NCBI RefSeq assembly: GCF_047345485.1
Contig: NZ_JBLFEN010000005.1
Coordinates: 14,142-78,141 of the forward strand
Source of the DNA: Hyunsoonleella sp. 2307UL5-6
Lineage (GTDB): Bacteria; Bacteroidota; Bacteroidia; Flavobacteriales; Flavobacteriaceae
Reading direction: 5' to 3'
DNA: 64,000 nt
This document shows, piece after piece, positions 46,908 through 56,591 of this stretch. The stretch's first letter is position 1, and the number at the start of each line of letters is the position of its first letter. A program made the translations under genes and the position numbers. A model generated the notes under the pieces. It was given only the letters and a program-made list of their open reading frames with translations, had not been told where the DNA came from and searched no databases.

Positions 46908-47702
46908 ATGAAAGAATTCAAAGATAAAAACCAATGGGCATTAATTCTAGGTGGAAGTAGTGGCCTAGGTTTAGCTACAGCAAAAAAACTAGCGAAACAC
47001 GGGTTGCATATTTGTATTGTACACAGAAATTCCAGAATGCAAGAAGACGAAATAAATGCAACATTTGACAGTATTAAAAATCAAGAAATAAGTTTTAAAG
47101 CTTTTAATATTGATGCTTTTAAACCAGAAAAACGAACTCTGATTATTGAGGCTTTAAAAACTGAACTTGGTATTCATGGGAAGATTAAAACACTTGTGCA
47201 TAGTGTTGCCAAAGGAAATTTAAAACCTATGATTTCTGATGAATCACCAGTTTTAAAACATGACGATTTTGCGTTAACTATTGCAGCTATGGGCATTAGT
47301 TTATACGATTGGACTACAGCTGTTTTTGAAGCAAATTTATTTGCAGAAGATGCACGAATTATAAGTTTTACGAGCGAAGGTAATACTAAAGCATGGAAAA
47401 ATTATGCGGCGGTGTCGGCAGCAAAAGTTACGTTGGAAGCCATTACCAGAAATATAGCACTTGAATTTGCACCACATGGTATAAAAGCCAACTGCATACA
47501 AGCAGGTGTTACAGATACACAATCCTTACGGATGATTCCAGGAAGTGAAAACATTATAAAACATAGTTTAATTAGAAACCCAAACAAGCGTTTAACGCTA
47601 CCAGAAGATGTAGCTAATGCGGTGTATTTATTAAGTAAAAATGAAGCCTCTTGGATTACAGGAACTATTATTCCTGTGGATGGTGGAGAGCATTTGAGCT
47701 AG
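46908..47702 (+). CDS. SDR-family enoyl-ACP reductase (FabL/FabI-like)
   Basis: Gly-rich NAD(P) site ILGGSSGLGLA and a Y-x6-K catalytic motif (YAAVSAAK), as in FabI/FabL rather than the Y-x3-K of ketoreductases. Confidence 0.65.
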   Translation: MKEFKDKNQWALILGGSSGLGLATAKKLAKHGLHICIVHRNSRMQEDEINATFDSIKNQEISFKAFNIDAFKPEKRTLIIEALKTELGIHGKIKTLVHSVAKGNLKPMISDESPVLKHDDFALTIAAMGISLYDWTTAVFEANLFAEDARIISFTSEGNTKAWKNYAAVSAAKVTLEAITRNIALEFAPHGIKANCIQAGVTDTQSLRMIPGSENIIKHSLIRNPNKRLTLPEDVANAVYLLSKNEASWITGTIIPVDGGEHLS

Positions 47703-47734
47703 ATATTTTATGATTAAAAATTAATTAGGATAAA

Positions 47735-48202
47735 ATGATTTTTTTTAATTTTAAAAAGCGAAGTGATGCTGATTTTCAAAAAATTTTTATGAATCAAGCT
47801 ATCCAAGTTTTTAATCCTTTATTTCAAAGATATAGTTTCAAAATCATTAATTATGAAAGCTTTAAATCTAGTTCAAAGATAGTATTTCGGAAAGGTTCAA
47901 AACACATATTAATTTTAAGTCAACATGAACATAGGGATGGGTCTTTTTTTGAAATTACAATTGGCGGAGAATTAGAAAGAGAAACTGGCTTATTTGATGG
48001 TTATCATATATCTATCAATAGATTGTGTGAAATAAATGGGAAAAAGTGTAAAGATTTTTATGCTTTTCCTTTTGGAGAAAAACAGAGTTTAAAAGCTTTA
48101 AAAAAAGCTAAAAACGATTTTTTAAGTTGTGCTTTGTTTTTTTTAGAAACAGAAGAGGATCTGTTTGATAAAGTTTTAAAACTAAAAGGTATAAGGAAAT
48201 AA
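47735..48202 (+). CDS. hypothetical protein inside the PKS cluster
   Basis: 155 aa with no motifs. Tightly packed, with the next gene starting at +1. Confidence 0.45.
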   Translation: MIFFNFKKRSDADFQKIFMNQAIQVFNPLFQRYSFKIINYESFKSSSKIVFRKGSKHILILSQHEHRDGSFFEITIGGELERETGLFDGYHISINRLCEINGKKCKDFYAFPFGEKQSLKALKKAKNDFLSCALFFLETEEDLFDKVLKLKGIRK

Positions 48203-48643
48203 TTGAATAAACAACACATCATATCATTATTACCCTATCAAAAACCATTTTTGTTTGTGGATGGTATTGAAGCAATATCAGAACAAGGTGTAACGGGATA
48301 TTACACCTTCAAAAAAGAGGAATCATTTTACGAAGGACACTTCAAAAACAATCCAATAACACCTGGTGTAATATTGACCGAATGTATGGCTCAAATAGGT
48401 TTGGTATGTTTGGGTATTTATTTGTTAAAAGATGAATTAAAAGAAACCACAAATCCTCAAATTGCATTAACATCGCATCAAATGGATTTTTATTTGCCCG
48501 TTTTACCCGAAGAAAAAGTCACTGTAATTTCAGAAAAGCAAGTGTTTCGTTTTAATAAACTAAAATGTAAAGTAAAAATGCTAAATGCAAAAGGCGAATT
48601 AGTAGCAAGAGGTTTAATTTCAGGAATGATAGTAATAAAATAA
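48203..48643 (+). CDS. FabZ/FabA-like 3-hydroxyacyl-ACP dehydratase (hotdog fold)
   Basis: YEGHFKNNPITPGVILTECMAQ matches the FabZ active-site region (H and E). Confidence 0.7.
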   Translation: MNKQHIISLLPYQKPFLFVDGIEAISEQGVTGYYTFKKEESFYEGHFKNNPITPGVILTECMAQIGLVCLGIYLLKDELKETTNPQIALTSHQMDFYLPVLPEEKVTVISEKQVFRFNKLKCKVKMLNAKGELVARGLISGMIVIK

Positions 48644-48648
48644 AACTA

Positions 48649-48679
48649 GACCTCACAGGTTTTTAAAACCTGTGAAGTC
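48649..48679. repeat. family-A palindromic element (one mismatch)
   Basis: gacctcacaggtttttaaaacctgtgaagtc. Lies between the dehydratase and KAS genes. Confidence 0.8.
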
Positions 48680-48689
48680 TTAAAATACT

Positions 48690-49964
48690 ATGAAAAACAG
48701 AGTAGTTATAACAGGATTAGGCGTTGTTGCACCAAATGGTGTTGGTGTTACCGAATTTACCAACGCACTTAAAACAGGAAAATCTGGCATTACATTTCAT
48801 CAAGAACTAAAAGATTTAAATTTTTCTTGCCAAATTGGAGGTGTACCTAAAATTTCAGAAGCGCTAAAAGCAAAGTACTTTACTGATTTACAATTACGAG
48901 GTTTTAATAGTTCGGGGATTTTATATGGTTGTATTGCCGGTATTGACGCTTGGAAAGATGCTGGTTTCAACGTAAATTCTGAAAGTGCATTAGATGTGGA
49001 TAGCGGACTCATTTTTGGGACAGGAACTTCTGGTGTGGAGAAATTTAGAGAAGCTATTTACAAACTAGATGAAGGTAAGGTACGCCGATTAGGAAGCACT
49101 GTAGTGCTACAAACCATGACCAGTGGTGTTAGTGCGTATTTAAGCGGCATGTTGGGTTTTGGCAACCAAGTGACTACCAATTCTTCGGCATGTAGTACAG
49201 GAACAGAAGCGGTACTTATGGGTTTTGAGCGCATACAACATGGAAAAGCTAAACGCATGTTAGTAGGTAGCTGTAGTGATCATGGACCTTATGTTTGGGG
49301 TGGTTTTGATGCTATGCGCGTAATGACCTACAAACACAATGATACACCAGAACAAGGCTCTCGCCCAATGAGCGCCTCAGCTAGTGGATTTGTTCCAGGA
49401 AGTGGTGCTGGCGCTTTAGTTTTAGAATCTTTAGAAAGTGCCATAGCGCGTGGCGCTAAAATATATGCTGAAGTTTTAGGTGGCGACGTTAATTCTGGCG
49501 GGCAACGCCATGGCGGTACGTTAACAGCACCAAATGCCGAGGCTGTAAAACGATGTATTACCAAAGCTTTAGAAAATGCCGCAGTACATCCAGATACTAT
49601 TGATGTTATTAATGGACATTTAACTGCAACATCTAAAGATGGCTTAGAAATTGAAAATTGGACAAAAGCCCTAAACAGAAAAGGTAAAAATTTCCCTTAT
49701 ATAAACGCTACTAAATCCTTAATTGGCCATTGTTTAGCAGCAGCAGGCGCCATTGAATGTGTGGCGAGTGTTATTCAACTTAAAGAACAGTTTGTAGCAC
49801 CTAATATAAATAGTGATGATGTTCATCCAGACATTGAAGCACTAATTACCAAAGAAAGCATGCCAAAACAAAAAATAGAAACAGCGATTAATACAATTAT
49901 TAAAGCGAGTTTTGGGTTTGGAGATGTAAATGCATGCGTGGTATTTAAAAAATTTGTTGCATAA
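48690..49964 (+). CDS. beta-ketoacyl-ACP synthase (KAS I/II, FabF/FabB-like)
   Basis: Thiolase fold with the active-site Cys in SSACSTGTEA and His regions (GHCLAAAG). 424 aa. Confidence 0.88.
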   Translation: MKNRVVITGLGVVAPNGVGVTEFTNALKTGKSGITFHQELKDLNFSCQIGGVPKISEALKAKYFTDLQLRGFNSSGILYGCIAGIDAWKDAGFNVNSESALDVDSGLIFGTGTSGVEKFREAIYKLDEGKVRRLGSTVVLQTMTSGVSAYLSGMLGFGNQVTTNSSACSTGTEAVLMGFERIQHGKAKRMLVGSCSDHGPYVWGGFDAMRVMTYKHNDTPEQGSRPMSASASGFVPGSGAGALVLESLESAIARGAKIYAEVLGGDVNSGGQRHGGTLTAPNAEAVKRCITKALENAAVHPDTIDVINGHLTATSKDGLEIENWTKALNRKGKNFPYINATKSLIGHCLAAAGAIECVASVIQLKEQFVAPNINSDDVHPDIEALITKESMPKQKIETAINTIIKASFGFGDVNACVVFKKFVA

Positions 49965-49982
49965 CTTTTTTTTGACGTTTTA

Positions 49983-50013
49983 GACCTCACAGGTTTTCGA
50001 AACCTGTGAGGTC
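49983..50013. repeat. family-A palindromic element
   Basis: gacctcacaggttttcgaaacctgtgaggtc. Lies between the KAS and ACP genes. Confidence 0.85.
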
Positions 50014-50056
50014 TTTTAATCAAGCGTTTTGTAACTTAGCATAACAAAAATGTACT

Positions 50057-50308
50057 ATGAAAAACGAAGCATTAATTTCCAAATTAAAAACTATAATTAA
50101 GCCTTATATTCAAGATGAAGAGGCTTTTGAAAACTTATCTGAGGAGACCGATTTTGTAAAGGACTTGAAAATAAATTCTGCGAACTTAGTGGACATAATT
50201 CTTGACATTGAAGATGAATTCGACATCCGTTTGGAAAACGAGGATATGGAAAAAATGTTGGATGTAAAATCTGCTATGACTATAGTAAATACAAAGCTAG
50301 AAGCGTAA
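50057..50308 (+). CDS. acyl carrier protein (cluster-dedicated)
   Basis: 83 aa acidic four-helix pattern with the phosphopantetheine Ser in LKINSANLVDIILDIEDEF. Confidence 0.75.
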   Translation: MKNEALISKLKTIIKPYIQDEEAFENLSEETDFVKDLKINSANLVDIILDIEDEFDIRLENEDMEKMLDVKSAMTIVNTKLEA

Positions 50309-50871
50309 TGGTTGGCAACGACATTGTTGATATTAATGAAGCGAAAAACGCCTCTAATTGGCAACGTCCTCGGTTTTTAGATAAATTGTTTACTACACAA
50401 GAACAAGTTTTGATTCAAAATGCTTCAAACCCTTTTTTAAAAGTTTGGCGCTTATGGAGTATGAAGGAAGCGGCTTATAAATTATATACCCAACACTATC
50501 CAAGTCGATTTTATAACCCAAAAAGGTTTGAATGTTTCATTCACGGTGATATTGGTGTTGTAAAGTTTCAAGAGTTTCAGTGTTATGTATCAACAAAAAT
50601 AACGTCTCAATACATCATGTCAGAAGCACGACAAGATATGAAACCTATGACTTCAAAAGTTATCAAATTTGAAACTAAAAGCGTCAAAAATCAGAGTGAA
50701 ATAATTAGAAAATTACTTTTGAAAACAGCAGGTGAGACGTTTAATATTTCTAAAGAAAATTTAAAAATTACAAACTCAAAATATGGTGTTCCAAGTATTA
50801 ATATCAATTCTAAAATAAGGTCTTTAAGTTTAACCCACCATGGAAATTACGGAGCTTACGCCTTAAGTTAA
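50308..50871 (+). CDS. 4'-phosphopantetheinyl transferase (AcpS-type)
   Basis: VGNDIVDI and WSMKEAAYK motifs parallel AcpS GTDIVEI / KEAAAK. The start overlaps the ACP stop (ATGA). Confidence 0.65.
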   Translation: MVGNDIVDINEAKNASNWQRPRFLDKLFTTQEQVLIQNASNPFLKVWRLWSMKEAAYKLYTQHYPSRFYNPKRFECFIHGDIGVVKFQEFQCYVSTKITSQYIMSEARQDMKPMTSKVIKFETKSVKNQSEIIRKLLLKTAGETFNISKENLKITNSKYGVPSININSKIRSLSLTHHGNYGAYALS

Positions 50872-50873
50872 TT

Positions 50874-53126
50874 ATGAAACTATTAAGAAATAGTGTACAG
50901 TTTACTATAAAGTTTAGAATTGCAATCATTGTAGTTTTTGCGGTTTTAGTGGCAGTTGCAGGTCACCAAACCCTTAATAAACTTAGCGTAGACAACTCAC
51001 TATCTATTTGGTTTTTAGAGGACGACCCTAGCTATAAAGCCTATATCGATTTTCAAGAAAATTTTGGTTCAGATGAGATTTTTATTGCAATGCTTCCTGT
51101 AGAAAATGCGATTGGAGAAGCTGATGTTAATAGGTTGCAACAGTTACATAAGGACATTGAAACCTTACCTTACGTAAAAACTACATTTAGTTTAGCAAAA
51201 GCGAAATACCCAATTTATGCAAATGATAAGATAAATTTTGATGATTTATATAACCCAAAACGCAGTGAAAAAGGGTTGAAGAGTCTCTTTTCAAAATTAC
51301 CCAACATCACATCGCAATTAGTTACTAAAGATTATAAACACCAGTTTTTCTACATCCAAATGAAACCTACGCCAACTATAGAGGAAAAGCGACAGGACAT
51401 AGCTGTAGAAATTAGAACAATTATAGATAAATCGTATTCCAATTATTACCTTACGGGACCACCTGTGCTTAATGAGGCTTACAGTAAAGGTATTTACAAA
51501 GAGAGTTTAACCTTTGGCATATTAACCGTTTTGGTTATTACTATCTTACTGTTATTTTTGCTTCCTAACAAGCGCTATTTGTTTATCGCTTTACTTTCGG
51601 TGGCTATTCCTGTAAGTTTATTGTTTGGTTTAATCACTTCGTCGGGTTTTGCTTTAAATATGATTTCTATGCTTATACCAACAATTCTTATGGTATATAG
51701 CGTTAGTGACGCAGTACATATTATAAACATATACCATAAAGAAGGTTTACTAAACGCTTCGATATCGAAAGTTGATTTGATTACTACCGCCATTCGTAGA
51801 AGTTTAACGCCTTGTTTTTATACCACATTAACCACATTTGTTGGCTATTTTGCGCTGTATATATCACCACTTCCTGCATTTAAAAACATGGGTGTGTTTA
51901 CCTGTATAGGTTTAGTAATGAGCTTTATTTTAGTGTATGTTATTACCATTATTGGGTTTAGTTTTATGAAATTAAATTTTGAAAAAGCGACACCCATTTT
52001 TAAATTAAAAGGGATATCTCAAACCAAATTTATAGCATGGCTCAATGGGTTTACATCAAACTATAAAACATCTATTATTACCGTTTTTACAATAGTACTT
52101 GTGTTTGGTATATACTCTATTTTTCAAGTAGATATAGATACAAATTCTCGTGATTTATTAGCAGAGGGACAAGCAAAAGACGACCTAAGAACTGTAGAAG
52201 TAGAACTTGGAGGAAGCAACAGATTACAACTTAATATTACTACCAATAACGGTGCTATTATCTTAACTAAAGATGCCTTAAAAAAGCTGGAAATTTTCCA
52301 TAAAAAGTTAGAGGATAACCCATTAATTTCTTCGCCTGTTTCTGTGGTAACCATCAAATCATTTTTACAAAAACGCACACCCGTTTTGTTTCAATCTAGT
52401 ATTTCTGAAGAAAAATTAAAAAACACATTGGCAGATGTAGATGCGGCAGAAAACAGTTTTTTTAAATTATTTTCTGAAAATTTATCTTCTGCAAGTTTTA
52501 CATTAACCTTAATGGAAATGAGAACTTCAGAACTTGAGCAGGTATTGAATGATATAAAAATTGCTTTTGAAGAGACGTTTGATACGAACGATTTTAATTT
52601 GAAAATAAATGGTTTTGCAGTGGTATTTTCACAATTAAACAACTTTATATTAGAAACACAGTTTAAGTCCTTTTTTGCAGCATTTTTCGTCGCGTTTCTG
52701 TGTTTATGGTTTTTTATAAAAAGCTTAAGAACAACAGTTTTAGTTTTAATTCCGAATATATTACCACTAGCTATTTTAGCTATTTTTATGAGCTTATTAA
52801 ATATTCCTTTGGATGTTTCCACAGCAATGATTACGCCTATAATGTTGGGTATTGCTATGGACGACACCATTCATTTAGTACATAAATACCGAAAAAGTAA
52901 ACGTATACAAGGCACTCCAGAGCAGCGTATGAATAATGCGATGCACTACACAGGTGGTGCACTTTTATCTACCACTATTGCTCTTGTTGGAGGGTTCTTA
53001 ATTATTGCATCTAGCGCCACACCATCCGTAAGTGATTTTGGTACCTTATGTGCCGTAACAGTTGCGATTGCTTTAATTACCGATATTTTCTACTTACCAG
53101 CGTTATTAAAAACATTTGATAAATAA
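50874..53126 (+). CDS. MMPL/RND-superfamily exporter
   Basis: 750 aa with two 6-TM bundles, each preceded by a large extracytoplasmic loop. Confidence 0.8.
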   Translation: MKLLRNSVQFTIKFRIAIIVVFAVLVAVAGHQTLNKLSVDNSLSIWFLEDDPSYKAYIDFQENFGSDEIFIAMLPVENAIGEADVNRLQQLHKDIETLPYVKTTFSLAKAKYPIYANDKINFDDLYNPKRSEKGLKSLFSKLPNITSQLVTKDYKHQFFYIQMKPTPTIEEKRQDIAVEIRTIIDKSYSNYYLTGPPVLNEAYSKGIYKESLTFGILTVLVITILLLFLLPNKRYLFIALLSVAIPVSLLFGLITSSGFALNMISMLIPTILMVYSVSDAVHIINIYHKEGLLNASISKVDLITTAIRRSLTPCFYTTLTTFVGYFALYISPLPAFKNMGVFTCIGLVMSFILVYVITIIGFSFMKLNFEKATPIFKLKGISQTKFIAWLNGFTSNYKTSIITVFTIVLVFGIYSIFQVDIDTNSRDLLAEGQAKDDLRTVEVELGGSNRLQLNITTNNGAIILTKDALKKLEIFHKKLEDNPLISSPVSVVTIKSFLQKRTPVLFQSSISEEKLKNTLADVDAAENSFFKLFSENLSSASFTLTLMEMRTSELEQVLNDIKIAFEETFDTNDFNLKINGFAVVFSQLNNFILETQFKSFFAAFFVAFLCLWFFIKSLRTTVLVLIPNILPLAILAIFMSLLNIPLDVSTAMITPIMLGIAMDDTIHLVHKYRKSKRIQGTPEQRMNNAMHYTGGALLSTTIALVGGFLIIASSATPSVSDFGTLCAVTVAIALITDIFYLPALLKTFDK

Positions 53127-53127
53127 A

Positions 53128-54069
53128 TCAGTTTTTTATTTGAAGGTAAACTGTGTCACCATTTTTTAATAAGGTATTGTGCTCAAAAAATACAGATTCC
53201 TTATTCAAAATAGCTTCAACTAAATAAAATCGCCCTTTGTAATAAGACTGTTTTACCACGGCTTTTAATGTTGATTTAGATACAATTTTAAGTTGATGCG
53301 CATAAACAATCTTATTATTAATGGTATTAAATTCTCCAAAAAAAGCAGCAATTAAAGGAGATTCTGGAGTTTCAAACACCACTTTTGGAGATTTATTTAT
53401 CATGATTTTGTGCTTATCTAATACAATCATACGGTCAGCAAAACCGAGGACATCCTCTTTAGAATGTGTTGCTACAATACACGTAATGTCATGCGCTTTT
53501 AAATACCCAAATACTTTGCGGCGCAAACTCTGAGTTCTAAAATTATCAATATGGCTAAAAGGTTCGTCTAATAGTAATATTTGAGGTTGTTTGGCTAAAG
53601 CTCTTGCCAAGGCTACACGTTGTTTTTGTCCGCCACTTAAAGTTTTAACTTTGGTTTTTGCGAAATCTTCTAATTCTACAACTTCAATAAGCTCAGTAAC
53701 ACGCTGTTGTGTTTCTTCGGGAAAAAACCGAGATAAATGTTTTGCTATATTTTCTTCCACAGAAATATAAGGCATCAAATCGAATTCTTGAGCCACGTAT
53801 TTCATAAAATCATAACCGATAACTAAGTTATATTTGGGGCCTAAAATTTCTTGATCTTTCCAAAAGATAGTGCCTTCATCTAAATCATATTCACCATAAA
53901 GCAACTTTAAAAGCGTACTTTTTCCAGAACCACTTTCTCCAATTATAGCAATATTTTCACCTTGTTTGGCTTCAAAGGAAATACCGTTTAAAACAGGAGT
54001 TTTATCGTATTTAAAAGAAAGATTATTTACGTTTAACATAGCCGTTGCAAAAATACTATAAAAAAACAC
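53128..54069 (-). CDS. ABC transporter ATP-binding protein
   Basis: Walker A GESGSGKST, signature LSGGQKQRV and Walker B ILLLDEP. The true start is possibly MLNVNNLSF. Confidence 0.85.
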   Translation of the reverse strand: MFFYSIFATAMLNVNNLSFKYDKTPVLNGISFEAKQGENIAIIGESGSGKSTLLKLLYGEYDLDEGTIFWKDQEILGPKYNLVIGYDFMKYVAQEFDLMPYISVEENIAKHLSRFFPEETQQRVTELIEVVELEDFAKTKVKTLSGGQKQRVALARALAKQPQILLLDEPFSHIDNFRTQSLRRKVFGYLKAHDITCIVATHSKEDVLGFADRMIVLDKHKIMINKSPKVVFETPESPLIAAFFGEFNTINNKIVYAHQLKIVSKSTLKAVVKQSYYKGRFYLVEAILNKESVFFEHNTLLKNGDTVYLQIKN

Positions 54070-54113
54070 GCTTCGACTACTGAAGCGTGTTTTACATTTA
54101 TAACATATTTACG

Positions 54114-56273
54114 TTAATCTTTCAATGTCTCATTTATTTTGGTTGGTAAAGTACTGTACCCCATATTATAAAGCGTAAATCCAAAAATATCGGCATATTG
54201 CTCTATGGTTTTACTTACTGGTGTACCTGCACCATGTCCAGCATCAGTTTCAATTCTAATTAATGTGGGGTTATCCCCAGTTTGCTTGCTTTGTAATTCT
54301 GCAGCAAATTTAAAACTGTGCGCTGGCACCACACGATCATCGTGATCGCCAGTTGTTACTAAAGTAGCTGGGTATTGCACACCTTCTTTTACATTATGCA
54401 CTGGCGAGTACCCTTTAAGATACGCAAACATGTCTTTATTGTCTTCCGCAGTGCCATAGTCGTAAGCCCAACCTGCACCGGCAGTAAAGGTATGGTAACG
54501 CAACATATCTAAAACACCAACAGCGGGTAGCGCTACTTTAGCCAAATCGGGGCGTTGCGTCATAACCGCGCCAACTAATAAACCACCATTAGAGCCGCCT
54601 CTTAACGCCAAATAATCAGACGAGGTATAGTTGTTATTAATTAGATATTCTCCAGCAGCAATAAAATCATCAAACACGTTTTGTTTTTTCATTTTAGTAC
54701 CAGCAATGTGCCATTTTTTACCGTACTCGCCGCCACCTCTTAAATTAGGAACTGCCAATATACCGCCTTGCTCCATCCAAACCGCATTTGTGATACTAAA
54801 CGACGGATTTAAACTCACATTAAATCCACCATAACCATAAAGAATAGTTGGGTTTTTACCGTTTAATTCCACCCCTTTTTTGTGGGTAATTATCATTGGT
54901 ACTTTAGTGCCATCTTTAGAGGTGAAAAACACTTGATTACTCTCGTAATCTTCAGAATTAAAAGCAATGGAAGGTTTCCAATACAACTTTGATGTACCAG
55001 TTTTTAAATCCAACTTATAAATGCTAGGTGGTGTGTTATAATTGGTAAACGAATAATAATCTATTTGTTCTTCCTTTTTAGCGCCAAAACCATTAGCATT
55101 ACCAACACCAGGTAATTCTATTTCTCTTATTAATTGTCCTGTATAATCATATTGCAATACTTTAGAAATAGCATCCACCATATATTCTGCTACAAAATAG
55201 TCACCACTTTTAGAAGGGGACAACACATGCTCTGTTTCTGGAATAACATCTACCCAATTATCAGGTGTTGGGTTTGATGCATCAACCGAAACAATTTTTT
55301 TATTTGGTGCGTTTAAGTTCGTTACTAAAAACAGTTTACTACCAACGTTATCAATAACATACGTATCACTATCTGTATGGTCTAAAATAGTTGTAAGTTC
55401 GCTATTTGGTTTTGTTAAATCCTTAATAAATAATTTATTACCCGAAGTTGAAATTCTTGGAGAAATTAACAAATAACGATTGTCTTCTGTTATTGTTCCA
55501 TAAATATAACGGTGTTTTTCTTTTTGAGTACCTCCAAAAATTAGTTTGTCTTGTTGTTGAGGCTTTCCTAGTTTATGGTAATACACTTTATGCTGATCGG
55601 TTTTAGCCGACAATTCACTACCCTCTGGCTTATCGTAACTAGAATAATAAAAGCCTTCATTTTTATACCAAGAGATACCGCTAAACTTTACATCTACAAG
55701 GGTATCCTCAACAATTTTTTTGTTCTCAGCATTCATGATTAAAATTTTCCTCCAATCGCTTCCTCCTTCTGATATAGAATAGGCTAAAATTTTACCATTT
55801 TTAGAAAAACTTACATTACCTAAAGATACTGTACCATCTTCTGAAAACATATTTGGGTCTAAAAAGACAGATGCTGTTTCGGGAGATTCCCCAGTTTTAT
55901 AACGATAAATCACATATTGATTTTGCAAACCGTCATTTTTATAAAAATACGTGTAATCCCCTTCAATAAAAGGTGCGCCCACTTTTTCGTAGTTCCATAG
56001 TTTAGACAAACGCTCCTTTATATCTTCTCTAAACGGAATATTATCTAAGTACCCAAACGTTGTTTTGTTTTGTGTTTTCACCCAAGCCTCAGTGTCTTTG
56101 CTTCTATCATCTTCTAGCCAACGGTAAGGGTCTTTAACTTCAACACCAAAATAAGTATTAACGGTATCAACAGTTTTAGTTTTTGGGTAATTCACAACAA
56201 TATTGTTTTTGGTTTCTTTACAGCCTATTAATAATGTTATAACGAGTGTAGTTAATATTAGTTTTTCCATCAT
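54114..56273 (-). CDS. prolyl oligopeptidase (S9A family)
   Basis: Signal/lipobox N-terminus, beta-propeller region and a C-terminal alpha/beta hydrolase with the GGSNGG nucleophile motif. 719 aa. Confidence 0.9.
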   Translation of the reverse strand: MMEKLILTTLVITLLIGCKETKNNIVVNYPKTKTVDTVNTYFGVEVKDPYRWLEDDRSKDTEAWVKTQNKTTFGYLDNIPFREDIKERLSKLWNYEKVGAPFIEGDYTYFYKNDGLQNQYVIYRYKTGESPETASVFLDPNMFSEDGTVSLGNVSFSKNGKILAYSISEGGSDWRKILIMNAENKKIVEDTLVDVKFSGISWYKNEGFYYSSYDKPEGSELSAKTDQHKVYYHKLGKPQQQDKLIFGGTQKEKHRYIYGTITEDNRYLLISPRISTSGNKLFIKDLTKPNSELTTILDHTDSDTYVIDNVGSKLFLVTNLNAPNKKIVSVDASNPTPDNWVDVIPETEHVLSPSKSGDYFVAEYMVDAISKVLQYDYTGQLIREIELPGVGNANGFGAKKEEQIDYYSFTNYNTPPSIYKLDLKTGTSKLYWKPSIAFNSEDYESNQVFFTSKDGTKVPMIITHKKGVELNGKNPTILYGYGGFNVSLNPSFSITNAVWMEQGGILAVPNLRGGGEYGKKWHIAGTKMKKQNVFDDFIAAGEYLINNNYTSSDYLALRGGSNGGLLVGAVMTQRPDLAKVALPAVGVLDMLRYHTFTAGAGWAYDYGTAEDNKDMFAYLKGYSPVHNVKEGVQYPATLVTTGDHDDRVVPAHSFKFAAELQSKQTGDNPTLIRIETDAGHGAGTPVSKTIEQYADIFGFTLYNMGYSTLPTKINETLKD

Positions 56274-56344
56274 GATGCTATAATTTTTTCAAAAATAGCT
56301 GATTTATGAATTTTAAACTGTTTAGGTAGTGTTAATGTTTTTTT

Positions 56345-56470
56345 TGGCGCCTGCCTACCTGCGGCATTGCAGGCAGGTTAACCACAAGGGGTCGGGCTTT
56401 CACTACTCAATCCCTACTTCGTCGGGGATTTCAAACATGCCGTTCAATCCCTAACGCGGGTTTACCTGCC
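56345..56470. repeat. family-B repeat, longest copy (hairpin gcctgcctacctgcggcattgcaggcagg + gggtcgggctttc + ggatttcaaacatgccgttcaatcc module)
   Basis: The 5' half matches 41821-41874. The 3' half matches the reverse complement of 20449-20513. Confidence 0.8.
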
Positions 56471-56591
56471 AAAAAACAGTTCGTAATTCATAGCATTTAG
56501 AATCTTTATTAAAACAGCTAAACTTAAATAATATATAAAAGCAAAAAGGCCTCTAAAAATTAGAAGCCTTAAATACTGTAGAAGATAATTA

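Noticed and set aside
9007-50013. The possibility that the repeated 31-bp palindromes form a CRISPR array.
   Set aside because: Copies are kilobases apart, are not separated by uniform spacers and are each self-complementary. No cas genes are present.
43312-53126. Interpretation of the cluster as a flexirubin / aryl-polyene (APE) locus.
   Set aside because: There is no ammonia lyase, no DarA/DarB, no second ACP, no ketoreductase, no LolA-like or glycosyltransferase genes, and a type III PKS is present. Only the MMPL exporter and the ACP/KAS/DH components are shared with APE clusters.
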